Assembly (NCBI GenBank): GCA_902760865.1
Contig: CACWID010000010.1
Location: 16,864 to 80,863 of the forward strand
Source: an uncultured Bacteroidales bacterium
GTDB taxonomy: Bacteria > Bacteroidota > Bacteroidia > Bacteroidales > Muribaculaceae
Direction: 5' to 3'
DNA length: 64,000 bases
Part shown: positions 36,750 through 45,164 of the stretch, piece by piece
Numbering within the stretch: the stretch's first letter is position 1
Layout of the letters: every line of letters starts with the position of its first letter
Translations under genes and position numbers: made by a program
Notes under the pieces: model-generated
The model's database searches: none
What the model saw: only the letters and a program-made list of their open reading frames with translations
Told to the model about the DNA's origin: nothing

Positions 36750-38774
36750 TTACCAGATGATGGCGCGGTCGGCGGGATCGAGCCACATCTTGTCACCAGC
36801 CTTGATGCCGAAGGCGTCAAAGAAGGTGTCGATGTTCCTCAGCGTAGCGTTCACGCGGTAGCGGCCGATGCTGTGGGGGTCGCTCTTGGTCTGCTGGAAG
36901 ATGGCCTCCTCGGTCATGTTGTCGGCCCAGATGCGGCCGTAGCTCAGGTAGAAGCGCTGAGCGGGAGTGAAGCCGTCAATCTTCTTGCCCTCGCGGAACT
37001 GCTGCGTGGTGCGGAAAGCGTCATAGGCGATGCGCAGGCCGCCCTGGTCGGCGATGTTCTCGCCTAGGGTCAGGTGGCCGTTGGCATGCTGATCTTTCAC
37101 AACAACGATCTCGTCGAACTGTGCGGCGAGCTTCTCGGCGGCTTCCTGGAACTTCTGGCTGTCTTCCTCGGTCCACCAGTCGGTCATGTTGCCGTACTGG
37201 TCAAACATGCGGCCCTGGTCGTCAAAGCCGTGGGTCATCTCGTGGCCAATCACCACGCCGATGGCACCGAAGTTGGTGGCATCGTCGGCCTCCACGTCAA
37301 AGAAGGGAGGCTGCAGGATGGCAGCGGGGAAGCAGATCTCGTTGGTCGTCGGGTTGTAGTAGGCGTTCACCGTCTGCGGAGTCATGCCCCACTCGTCGCG
37401 GTCAACGGGCTTGCCCATCTTGTCAAGGTTGCGGCGGGTCTCATACAGGCTGGCAGCCTTGATGTTGTCATACAGGCTCTTGCTCGGGTCCACGGTCAGG
37501 CCGCTGTAGTCGCGCCACTTGTCGGGATAACCGATCTTGACGGTAAAGGCGTTGAGCTTCACCAGGGCGTTGATCTTGGTCTGCTCGCTCATCCAGGTCA
37601 GGCTGGCGATGTGGGCTGCCAGCGACTTGCGCAGCTCGCTGATGAGCTTCAGCATCTTCTCCTTGCTGCCGTGAGCAAAGTACTTGTTCACGTAGATCTC
37701 GCCGACAGCTTCGCCCAGCAGGCTGTTGGGGAAACCCAGTGCGCGTTTCCAGCGCGGCTTGCGCTCCTTCTGTCCGCTCAGCATGCGGCCGTAGAAGTCG
37801 AATGCGGTCTCGCCGAAGTCGTCGCTCAGGTAGTTGCTGGCTCCACGGATGAGGATGCCGGCCATGTAGTCACGCATCTGCTTCTCGGTGAGCTTGGTCA
37901 TCAGGTCGTTGGCAACGGCCATCACCTTAGGCTCGGTCAGGATGACCCACTCCACTTGGGGTGTTCCCATCAGGTTGAAGTACTGCTTCCAGTCGATGGC
38001 AGGGTAATCGGCCTGCAGCTGGTCGAGGGTGCGGATATTGTAGAGCTTGTTGTAGTCGCGGGCCTCGGCGCGGTCCATCTTGGCCTGGGCGAACTTGTAC
38101 TCGATGTCATAGATGGTCTTGCTGGCGTTCTTGGCGTCTTTCTTGCTGTAGCCGGCAAGGACGAACATCTTGGTGAGGTAGTTCTTGTAGGCCTCCTGGA
38201 TTTTCTTGCTGTCGGCGTCTGTGTTCAGGTAGTAGTCCCTGTCGGGCAGGCCGCTGGTACCGGCCTCGAGCCACATCACGTTCATGTCACTGTTCTTCAG
38301 GTCGGTCTCCACACCGATGCCGAAGAAGGGGTTACCGATCTTCAGGTGCTGGTCGGCCAGGAAGCTGGTCAGGTTGCTCTTCTTGAAGGCCTTGATGTTG
38401 GCCAGGTCAGCAGCCAGGGGCTTTGCGCCCTCACTGTTCAGGCGGACGCTGTCCATCGCCATCTTGTAGAGGTCGGCCACCTTCTGGTTGACAGATCCCA
38501 TCTTGTGCTGGGTCTTGCCCAGTTCCAGGAACATGTCGCGCAGGCGGTTCTCGTTCTCCTCGGCAATCACGTTGAACACGCCATAGCTGGAATATTCGGG
38601 GTGCTTGCTCAGGGGGTTGGCTTTCATCCAGCCACCACCGGCATACTCATAGAAATCCTCGCCCGGCTTCACACTCAGGTCCATGTCGGCGCGGTTCACG
38701 CCGTGAGTCACTTGTGCCTTCACACCAGGCACTGCGGCCATCATGATGGCCAATGCTAATAACATTTTCTTCAT
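36750..38774 (-). CDS. pepO: M13 family metallopeptidase (PepO/neprilysin-like)
   Basis: 674 aa with a signal peptide. HEMTHGFD (HExxH) and ENIADQGG motifs. Confidence 0.9.
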   Translation of the reverse strand: MKKMLLALAIMMAAVPGVKAQVTHGVNRADMDLSVKPGEDFYEYAGGGWMKANPLSKHPEYSSYGVFNVIAEENENRLRDMFLELGKTQHKMGSVNQKVADLYKMAMDSVRLNSEGAKPLAADLANIKAFKKSNLTSFLADQHLKIGNPFFGIGVETDLKNSDMNVMWLEAGTSGLPDRDYYLNTDADSKKIQEAYKNYLTKMFVLAGYSKKDAKNASKTIYDIEYKFAQAKMDRAEARDYNKLYNIRTLDQLQADYPAIDWKQYFNLMGTPQVEWVILTEPKVMAVANDLMTKLTEKQMRDYMAGILIRGASNYLSDDFGETAFDFYGRMLSGQKERKPRWKRALGFPNSLLGEAVGEIYVNKYFAHGSKEKMLKLISELRKSLAAHIASLTWMSEQTKINALVKLNAFTVKIGYPDKWRDYSGLTVDPSKSLYDNIKAASLYETRRNLDKMGKPVDRDEWGMTPQTVNAYYNPTTNEICFPAAILQPPFFDVEADDATNFGAIGVVIGHEMTHGFDDQGRMFDQYGNMTDWWTEEDSQKFQEAAEKLAAQFDEIVVVKDQHANGHLTLGENIADQGGLRIAYDAFRTTQQFREGKKIDGFTPAQRFYLSYGRIWADNMTEEAIFQQTKSDPHSIGRYRVNATLRNIDTFFDAFGIKAGDKMWLDPADRAIIW

Positions 38775-38816
38775 TATTATTGTTTATATTAAAGGTATAT
38801 GTCCGTTTTTGGTCTG

Positions 38817-38824
38817 CAAAATTA
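38817..38824 (-). promoter_or_regulatory. -7 box TAATTTTG (minus strand)
   Basis: About 43 nt upstream of the M13 peptidase start at 38774. Confidence 0.55.
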
Positions 38825-39048
38825 ACAATAATCCTAATAATAAGTATACATAATCAGAAAAAAACCGACTTTTCAGCGTTGGCAGCACATTCGTCCCGAC
38901 GTTGTGTGCCAGGGCGTTAATCCTTTTGAAGGCAAGAAGGACAAATAAACAATTAATTGATTATTACTAGCGTATTATTATTGTCCAAGCCCCGTCAGGA
39001 GAAGCCTGGGCTTTCCTGACTGGGCGCTTATTGTTCGGGGTTCATGTG

Positions 39049-40620
39049 TCAGAAGGGGACGGACCTGTCGTCAGAGCCCTGGAGGAAGTCCACGTTGGGG
39101 GGTGGGGCAGAGAAACCGTCGGCCACGGGCGAAGCGCCGCCGACGCTTCCGCTGTTCATCTTGGACTCGTAGGTGGTCTCGCTGGAGGTGAGGTCCTGGT
39201 CGCCCTGGTTCTCGAAACGGGCGAACTGCTTGACAAAGTGCAGGTTGATGGTGTCGGTGGCACCGCTGCGGTGCTTGGCGACGATGAACTCTGCCAGTCC
39301 CTTGATGTTGTTGCCCTCGGCGTCCTCGCTTGAGCGGGTGTAGTACTCGGGTCGGTGGATGAAGCACACGATGTCGGCATCCTGCTCGATGGCTCCCGAC
39401 TCACGCAGGTCGCTCAGCTGGGGCCTCTTTCCCATCTTGTCGTCGACTGATCGTGTCTCGACGCTACGGTTAAGCTGCGACAGGGCGATGATGGGGATGT
39501 CGAGCTCCTTGGCCAACTGCTTGAGGTTACGCGAGATGGTGCTGACCTCCTGCTCGCGGCTGCCGAACTTCATGCCTGTGGCGTTCATCAGCTGCAGGTA
39601 GTCGATGATGATGATTTTCACGCCATGCTCGCGCACCAGGCGGCGCGCCTTGGTCCTGAGCTCGAAGATGGACAGGGACGGCGTGTCGTCGATGTACAGC
39701 GGGGCGGTGCTCAGGGCGCGGGTGCGGGTCATCAGGTTCTCCCACTCGGGCTGGGTGAGCTGGCCGCTCTTGATTTTCTCGCCCTCGAGCGAGCAGACGT
39801 TCTGGATGAGACGGTTGACGAGCTGCAGGCTCGACATCTCGAGCGAGAACACGGCGACGGGGTAGTTGTAATCGACCGCCATGTTCTTGGCCATCGAGAG
39901 GACGAAGGCCGTCTTACCCATGGCCGGGCGGGCGGCGATGATGATCAGGTCGCTGTTCTGCCAGCCGCTGGTGAGGCGGTCCAGCTTGTGGTAGCCCGTC
40001 TCGAGTCCGCTCAGTCCGTTCTCGCGGTTGGCGGCCTCCTCGATTTTCTTGATGGCGTCCTGCACGGCGTTCTCGATGGGGATGACGTCGCGCTTGAGGG
40101 TGTTCTTGCTGATCTCGAAGAGTTTACCCTCGGCTTCCTGCATCAGGTCATAGACGTCGATCGACTCGTCGAAGGCCAATGCCTGTACCTGGCTGCTGTA
40201 GCTGATGAGCTCACGGGCGAGGTACTTCTGCGCCACGATGCGGGCGTGGAACTCGGCGTTGGCGGCACTCGAGACCATACCTGTCAACTCGCTGATGCGC
40301 ACGGCGCCGCCCACCTCTTCGAGCGCCTTGTTGTTGCGCAGCTGCTCGGTGACGGTGAGCATGTCGATGGGCTTGCCGCTGGCGGCCAGCGACTGGATGG
40401 CCTCGTAGATCTTCTGGTTGGCAGGGTTATAGAAGGCCTCGGGCTTGAGGATCTCGCACACATTGTTATAGGCGTCCTTTTCGAGCATCAGCGCGCCGAG
40501 GACGGCCTCCTCCATCGAGGTCTCCTGCGGTGGCAGCTTGCCGAACTCGCTGACAATCTCGGGCTCATGTGTTGGGCGCGTGCGACGTCGCGCCTGTTTG
40601 CCGGTTTCAAATTCTTCCAT
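39049..40620 (-). CDS. dnaB: replicative DNA helicase
   Basis: 523 aa. N-terminal domain EEAVLGALM, Walker A ARPAMGKT and Walker B IIIIDYLQLM. No intein. Low-complexity C-terminal tail. Confidence 0.9.
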   Translation of the reverse strand: MEEFETGKQARRRTRPTHEPEIVSEFGKLPPQETSMEEAVLGALMLEKDAYNNVCEILKPEAFYNPANQKIYEAIQSLAASGKPIDMLTVTEQLRNNKALEEVGGAVRISELTGMVSSAANAEFHARIVAQKYLARELISYSSQVQALAFDESIDVYDLMQEAEGKLFEISKNTLKRDVIPIENAVQDAIKKIEEAANRENGLSGLETGYHKLDRLTSGWQNSDLIIIAARPAMGKTAFVLSMAKNMAVDYNYPVAVFSLEMSSLQLVNRLIQNVCSLEGEKIKSGQLTQPEWENLMTRTRALSTAPLYIDDTPSLSIFELRTKARRLVREHGVKIIIIDYLQLMNATGMKFGSREQEVSTISRNLKQLAKELDIPIIALSQLNRSVETRSVDDKMGKRPQLSDLRESGAIEQDADIVCFIHRPEYYTRSSEDAEGNNIKGLAEFIVAKHRSGATDTINLHFVKQFARFENQGDQDLTSSETTYESKMNSGSVGGASPVADGFSAPPPNVDFLQGSDDRSVPF

Positions 40621-40677
40621 TATTCTGTTTTCTGTCGGTTGGGTCTCACGCTAAGGCGTGCTTGATTATCGGGAGTG

Positions 40678-40685
40678 CAAAGGTA
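40678..40685 (-). promoter_or_regulatory. -7 box TACCTTTG (minus strand)
   Basis: About 58 nt upstream of the dnaB start at 40620. Confidence 0.55.
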
Positions 40686-40823
40686 GTGAAAAACGTTGGA
40701 TTATGCCACAGGGGTTATTGACATTATTTTCACATGATGTTGACAAGTCGGCGAGTCAGCGCGTTGCCAGAGGGGGGAACGTGCAGCCGGGACAGGAAAA
40801 GTGTTGACAATAATTCAACAGGC

Positions 40824-40840
40824 TGTAAAAAATACACAAA
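40824..40840. promoter_or_regulatory. operator-like site S1 (TGTAAAAAATACACAAA)
   Basis: Perfect 17-bp direct repeat of S2. Lies upstream of the -7 box of the NrtR-like gene. Confidence 0.5.
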
Positions 40841-40868
40841 TTATTTTGGAGGTTTAAAAATTTGGCAT

Positions 40869-40876
40869 TACTTTTG
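40869..40876 (+). promoter_or_regulatory. -7 box TACTTTTG
   Basis: 33 nt upstream of the ATG at 40909. Flanked by sites S1 and S2. Confidence 0.6.
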
Positions 40877-40879
40877 CAG

Positions 40880-40896
40880 TGTAAAAAATACACAAA
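40880..40896. promoter_or_regulatory. operator-like site S2 (TGTAAAAAATACACAAA)
   Basis: Identical to S1. Sits between the -7 box (40869-40876) and the ATG at 40909. Confidence 0.5.
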
Positions 40897-40908
40897 GGGT
40901 ATCTGACG

Positions 40909-41640
40909 ATGAAATACAATGAGCAAACCAAGCAATGGGAATCGCCCTACTGGCATCCGGCTGTGACGACCGACGCAGTCGTGTTCGGCTTTGACGGCGT
41001 GGGGCTGAATGTCTTGCTCATCCAGCGCGGCCTGGACCCTTACAAGAACATGTGGGCGCTGCCTGGCGGATTCATGCGTCGCGAGGATGAGAGCGCCGAG
41101 GCCTGTGCCTATCGCGAGTTGCACGAGGAGACTGATGTGGACGACATCTACATGGAGGAGTTAGGTACGTTCTCCAGCCGCAATCGTGACCCGCGCGAGC
41201 GCGTCATCACCATCGCCTTCTTTGCCCTGGTGGTCAAGGACAAGTACCATGTCATGGGCGGTGACGATGCCAGCAATGCCAAGTGGTTCCCGGTCAAGGA
41301 ACTGCCCGAATTGGCCTTCGACCACGCGGATATCGTAGCGTTAGCCCTCGAACGGCTACGCCAGCGCATCCACTTCGAGCCCATTGGATTTCACTTGCTT
41401 GACAAGGAATTCACAATGCCCCAGTTACACAATATTTATATAGCTATTTTGGATCCGCCCGAGGATGACATGAAACTTAGAGACAGAAGAAATTTTCAGA
41501 AAAAGATGTTGAATCTCGGGTATATCAGGGAGACCGGATACAAGGTGACAGGAAACCCTCACCGTGCTCCCAAGTTGTACACTTTTGACGAAGAAGCCTA
41601 CCAGCAAGCCAAGAAGATAGGCATGCGCCTAGAGTTCTGA
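40909..41640 (+). CDS. NrtR-family protein: Nudix hydrolase domain fused to C-terminal winged-helix DNA-binding domain
   Basis: 243 aa. Nudix box GGFMRREDESAEACAYRELHEETD. C-terminal LAFDHADIVALALERLRQRIHFEPIGFHLLDKEFTMPQLHNIY...RNFQKKM...APKLYTF matches the NrtR wHTH architecture. Confidence 0.75.
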   Translation: MKYNEQTKQWESPYWHPAVTTDAVVFGFDGVGLNVLLIQRGLDPYKNMWALPGGFMRREDESAEACAYRELHEETDVDDIYMEELGTFSSRNRDPRERVITIAFFALVVKDKYHVMGGDDASNAKWFPVKELPELAFDHADIVALALERLRQRIHFEPIGFHLLDKEFTMPQLHNIYIAILDPPEDDMKLRDRRNFQKKMLNLGYIRETGYKVTGNPHRAPKLYTFDEEAYQQAKKIGMRLEF

Positions 41641-41717
41641 TCGGCTGACAGGCGGCGGAATCAACCTAGATCCAACCCTTGGAATTACAGGGGGCTGGAG
41701 ACATGTCAGAGATGGTT

Positions 41718-41738
41718 AATGTGTCAATTTTACACATT
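41718..41738. promoter_or_regulatory. operator-like palindrome S3 (AATGTGTCAATTTTACACATT)
   Basis: 9/10-bp inverted arms. The core TGTGTCAATTTTACA is related to the reverse complement of S1/S2. Confidence 0.5.
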
Positions 41739-41773
41739 GAGCCGTGTCAGACATTCGTGACCCGGAATCTGCC

Positions 41774-41792
41774 AATGTGTAAATTTTACATT
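41774..41792. promoter_or_regulatory. operator-like site S4 (AATGTGTAAATTTTACATT)
   Basis: Matches S3 at 16 of 17 positions over the core. Lies 43 bp upstream of the -7 box of the vWA-fusion gene. Confidence 0.5.
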
Positions 41793-41834
41793 TTGGCAAG
41801 GTTGCAGAAATAGAAGATGCATTGAAAAGTGCTG

Positions 41835-41842
41835 TAATTTTG
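41835..41842 (+). promoter_or_regulatory. -7 box TAATTTTG
   Basis: 96 nt upstream of the ATG at 41938, downstream of S3 and S4. Confidence 0.55.
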
Positions 41843-41937
41843 CAGCGACAACATAACAAGACAGAGAACTGAAAACATATAATGAGTGTATTTATTATTA
41901 GTAGTAGTAATTAACGGTTTGATAAAAGTTTGACATT

Positions 41938-43122
41938 ATGAAAATTCCATTTAAGAGAAACAAGAGTGCGGCCCCTATGGCCAACGAAGGATGCCCTACA
42001 GGGAATGGTATGAATCAGGAACCCGAGGCCGACAACGGCCAGGAGAAGGTGTGTATGGACCCCAAGAAAGCCCACGTCTATAACCTCATCATCGTCGATG
42101 AGAGCGGTTCGATGGGTGGTCTGGAGCAGGTGACCATCAGCGGTATCAACGAGACCATCGCCACCATCAGGAAGGCGCAGGAGGACTTTGCCGACAAGCA
42201 GCAGCACTTCCTCACGCTGGTCACGTTTGACGAGAGAGGGGATGCGCATCCCGTCCGAACCCTCATCGATGCCATGCCCATCGGCGACGTGCATGACTTC
42301 CATGATTACCGTCCCACTGGCTGCACGCCCCTGTTTGACGCCATGGGCCAGTCGCTGACCCGGTTGCATGAGCGCATCAAGGACGATGAGAACGCCACGG
42401 CAGTGGTGACCGTCATCACCGACGGCCTGGAGAACGCCTCCCGCGAGTGGACGGGCGAGGCCCTGCGTAACCTCATTGAGCGCCTCAAGGAAGAGGGCTG
42501 GTCCTTCTCCTACATGGGCTCGTGCCACGATGTGGTCGAGGTGACCAGGAGATTGTCTATCGACCACGTGATGCAGTTTGACCACGATGATCTGGGCGCG
42601 TCCAACACGTGGCACCGCGACAGCTCATCCAAGTTTGCTCACTTTCGCCGTATGTGCTGCGAGTTTGATGCCAATGACAGCCGAGAAATGAAAATGGCCA
42701 AGCGCCGTGCCCAAGCTAGCGCCTACTATGCCGACCGCGTTACTCCCGACTGGATTGAGCAGCTAGCCGACAACGAGATCTTTGTCTTCGGCAGCAATCC
42801 CCAGGGGAACCATGCCGGCGGTGCCGCCGCCCATGCGGTGAAGAACTTCGGTGCCATCATGGGTCAGGGCGAGGGTCCCCAGGGCCAGAGCTACGCCATC
42901 CCCACCACGGGCGATTTCGTCCTGTTTGCTCAGGCAGTGCAGCGCTTCGTGTACTATGCCAGCCAGCATCCCGACCAGCGATTCCTGGTTACCCGCGTGG
43001 GCTGCGGCAGCGCGGGCTACGACGTGCATAGGGTGGCACGGCTGTTCGTCGATGCCATCAAGCAGGAGAACATTGCCCTGCCTATGGACTTCTGGATGCA
43101 CCTGGGCCTCAGGATGTTCTAG
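41938..43122 (+). CDS. cytoplasmic vWA-domain protein fused to a C-terminal Rossmann-like (LOG/DprA/SLOG-type) module
   Basis: 394 aa with no signal peptide. vWA domain with MIDAS residues D54-E-S-G-S58...TGCT...TDG. C-terminal EIFVFGSNPQGNHAGGAAAHAVKNFGAIMGQGEGPQGQSYAIPT...VTRVGCGSAGY recalls small phage-associated FVFGSN...HGxGAA...SYAIPT proteins (from memory). Confidence 0.6.
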   Translation: MKIPFKRNKSAAPMANEGCPTGNGMNQEPEADNGQEKVCMDPKKAHVYNLIIVDESGSMGGLEQVTISGINETIATIRKAQEDFADKQQHFLTLVTFDERGDAHPVRTLIDAMPIGDVHDFHDYRPTGCTPLFDAMGQSLTRLHERIKDDENATAVVTVITDGLENASREWTGEALRNLIERLKEEGWSFSYMGSCHDVVEVTRRLSIDHVMQFDHDDLGASNTWHRDSSSKFAHFRRMCCEFDANDSREMKMAKRRAQASAYYADRVTPDWIEQLADNEIFVFGSNPQGNHAGGAAAHAVKNFGAIMGQGEGPQGQSYAIPTTGDFVLFAQAVQRFVYYASQHPDQRFLVTRVGCGSAGYDVHRVARLFVDAIKQENIALPMDFWMHLGLRMF

Positions 43123-43226
43123 TAGTGAGCCAGGAAGGACGCCCTCAAGGTTACCAATAGTACTGAATAACTGTTATACCCCACATAACTGAAGAAAACA
43201 CACACAAAGACTTGTTTACCCCGATT

Positions 43227-43265
43227 GGAGGGCTCGCCAAACCACCTCGGCGGGCCCTCCGTTTT
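43227..43265 (+). terminator. rho-independent terminator of the vWA-fusion gene
   Basis: GGAGGGCTCGCC...GGCGGGCCCTCC stem followed by GTTTTGCTT. It marks the left edge of the AT-rich island. Confidence 0.65.
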
Positions 43266-43631
43266 GCTTCATTCAAATTGTCTGACTACGGGATTTAATT
43301 GATGATAAAGAAAAAAACATTATACATCCTGTTTACATGATATTGCTGAATAAGGGCATCCGTTCATATTTGTATTCGATTAGTCCTTATACAAATTTGC
43401 CTCATCTTGTGTATGCATTTGGGGTTTGCTATACTTAATTCTTTATCGTAACAGGAAAAAACTGAAAAAAAACTTGTACACATCCATTTTAATAACGAAA
43501 TTTGCGGACAAGATGTGGATTCAGTGATACAATTCAAACGGCCCTTTTTTAGTTGTTATTGTATTGTGAATCATTATTATGTACGAATTTCTGATTTTCG
43601 TTATATTTTTTATTCAAGCAAAGTTGGGCAG

Positions 43632-44531
43632 ATGGCTGAAGATTACGATATATTTATTAGCTATAGGCGTGATGGCGGTTTCGCAACTGCAAATCATATC
43701 TACAAATTGCTGACTCGAGATGGATATTCTGTCTGTTTTGATGTTGATTCACTCCGAGAAGGTGATTTCAATATCAATGTCTTGAATAGTATAGATCAGT
43801 GTACTGATTTCCTGCTTATTGTAGATAGGCATTGTTTTGACAAAACTTTGGATAGTAATTTTGATTCAAGATATGATTGGTTGAGGATGGAATTAGCATA
43901 TGCCTTGAAACAGGACAAGAATATTGTACCAATACTCTTGAATGGCATCAATAATTTCCCCCAGAATTTGCCTGAAGATATTTGTGCTGTAACAACTAAG
44001 AATGGGCCTGAGTACAATCAGAGTTACTTTGATGAGTTTTACAATAAATTGAGATTATTCCTTCGTAGTAATCCTAAGAATATCCGTTTCTCCCATAAAA
44101 AAAAGATACTGGTAAGTGCTTTTATTATTGTAGCATTAGTATTAGCTTACTTGTTTAAAGTGCCTGATGGTTTTGGGAGCAAAGTTATTGAAGTCGAGGA
44201 TTCATTGTGTATAAATCCGGTTCTGGGACAATTTAAATATACTGGTCCAATTGATCAAGATGGCCTGCCTCATGGAAAGGGTAAAGCAGTATTTCCCATA
44301 GGGGATACCTATGAAGGGGATTTTTCTCATGGTAAGTTCGAGGGGAAATGTATCTATAACCATGTCGAGGTGGGTGATAAGTTTTACGGAACTTATAAGG
44401 ATAATGTGAGATATGAAGGCACCTATGTCTGGCAAGACGGTCCCTATTTTACTGGTTTGTATAAGAATAATGAGTTATATAAAGGTACACTATATGATGT
44501 TAGTGGGAAAATTCTCATGAAATATAAATAG
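43632..44531 (+). CDS. TIR domain - single TM - MORN-repeat protein
   Basis: Start at ATG 43632 (MAEDYDIFISYRRDGG). TIR motifs DIFISY and DWLRMELAYAL (putative catalytic E87). TM segment ILVSAFIIVALVLAYLF. C-terminal MORN-like repeats YEGDFSHGKFEGKC, YGTYKDNVRYEGTY and FTGLYKNNELYKGT. AT-rich gene. Confidence 0.7.
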   Translation: MAEDYDIFISYRRDGGFATANHIYKLLTRDGYSVCFDVDSLREGDFNINVLNSIDQCTDFLLIVDRHCFDKTLDSNFDSRYDWLRMELAYALKQDKNIVPILLNGINNFPQNLPEDICAVTTKNGPEYNQSYFDEFYNKLRLFLRSNPKNIRFSHKKKILVSAFIIVALVLAYLFKVPDGFGSKVIEVEDSLCINPVLGQFKYTGPIDQDGLPHGKGKAVFPIGDTYEGDFSHGKFEGKCIYNHVEVGDKFYGTYKDNVRYEGTYVWQDGPYFTGLYKNNELYKGTLYDVSGKILMKYK

Positions 44532-44621
44532 AAAAATTATTATCGTATAGATTGATGTAATTATTGAATATCAGAAAAAACGATGCGGAATTAGTTTTTC
44601 ACTAAATATAATAAAAAGAAT

Positions 44622-45164
44622 ATGAAACGAAGAGGCAGAATATATATATTGGTATTATTGGTGTTTTGTCTGAGTTCCAGCTGTAATAAAAAGAATCAGA
44701 ATATTACAGGTAATTCTTCACAGGATACGGTAACGGTATCAAGTGATAGTTCTATTATTCATTCAAGGAATGGATATGACACATTGAGAGTTGATAATGA
44801 TTCATTGGATGCTATAGTCAGAACAAGAGATTCAATAGCGAGTGAAAAACGACATGATAGTATCGGAATAGTTCGTGAAAAGAATCATCAACAAGAACCT
44901 TCTGGAAACAATCAGAAACCGAATAATCAGAATGATACAAAAGCAAATGATAAAGGTGTAAAACCATCAACGCGACCGTCTGACAAAAAAACGAGATCTG
45001 ATGATCGAAAAACTGTCACTCAAAAACCTTATAGAGCCCCACTTGGAGCAGGAGAAGGGTCAGAGGATGGATCAGAGGGGGGAGGATACAACCCTGGCCC
45101 ACCTCAAGCAACACCGCCTATAAAGTATCCATTGCCTCATAAACCTAGACCTAAAGGGAGATAG
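44622..45164 (+). CDS. low-complexity lipoprotein, unknown function
   Basis: 180 aa. Lipobox LSSSC. Ser/Asn/Lys-rich with a Gly/Pro-rich C-terminus. AT-rich like the neighbouring TIR gene. Confidence 0.5.
   Translation: MKRRGRIYILVLLVFCLSSSCNKKNQNITGNSSQDTVTVSSDSSIIHSRNGYDTLRVDNDSLDAIVRTRDSIASEKRHDSIGIVREKNHQQEPSGNNQKPNNQNDTKANDKGVKPSTRPSDKKTRSDDRKTVTQKPYRAPLGAGEGSEDGSEGGGYNPGPPQATPPIKYPLPHKPRPKGR

Noticed and set aside
43515-43631. Upstream 39-codon extension of the TIR ORF (TTG start at 43515).
   Set aside because: The extension translates to Phe/Tyr/Ile-rich AT-driven sequence with no TIR homology. The canonical TIR N-terminus (D-I-F-I-S-Y) begins 5 residues after the ATG at 43632.
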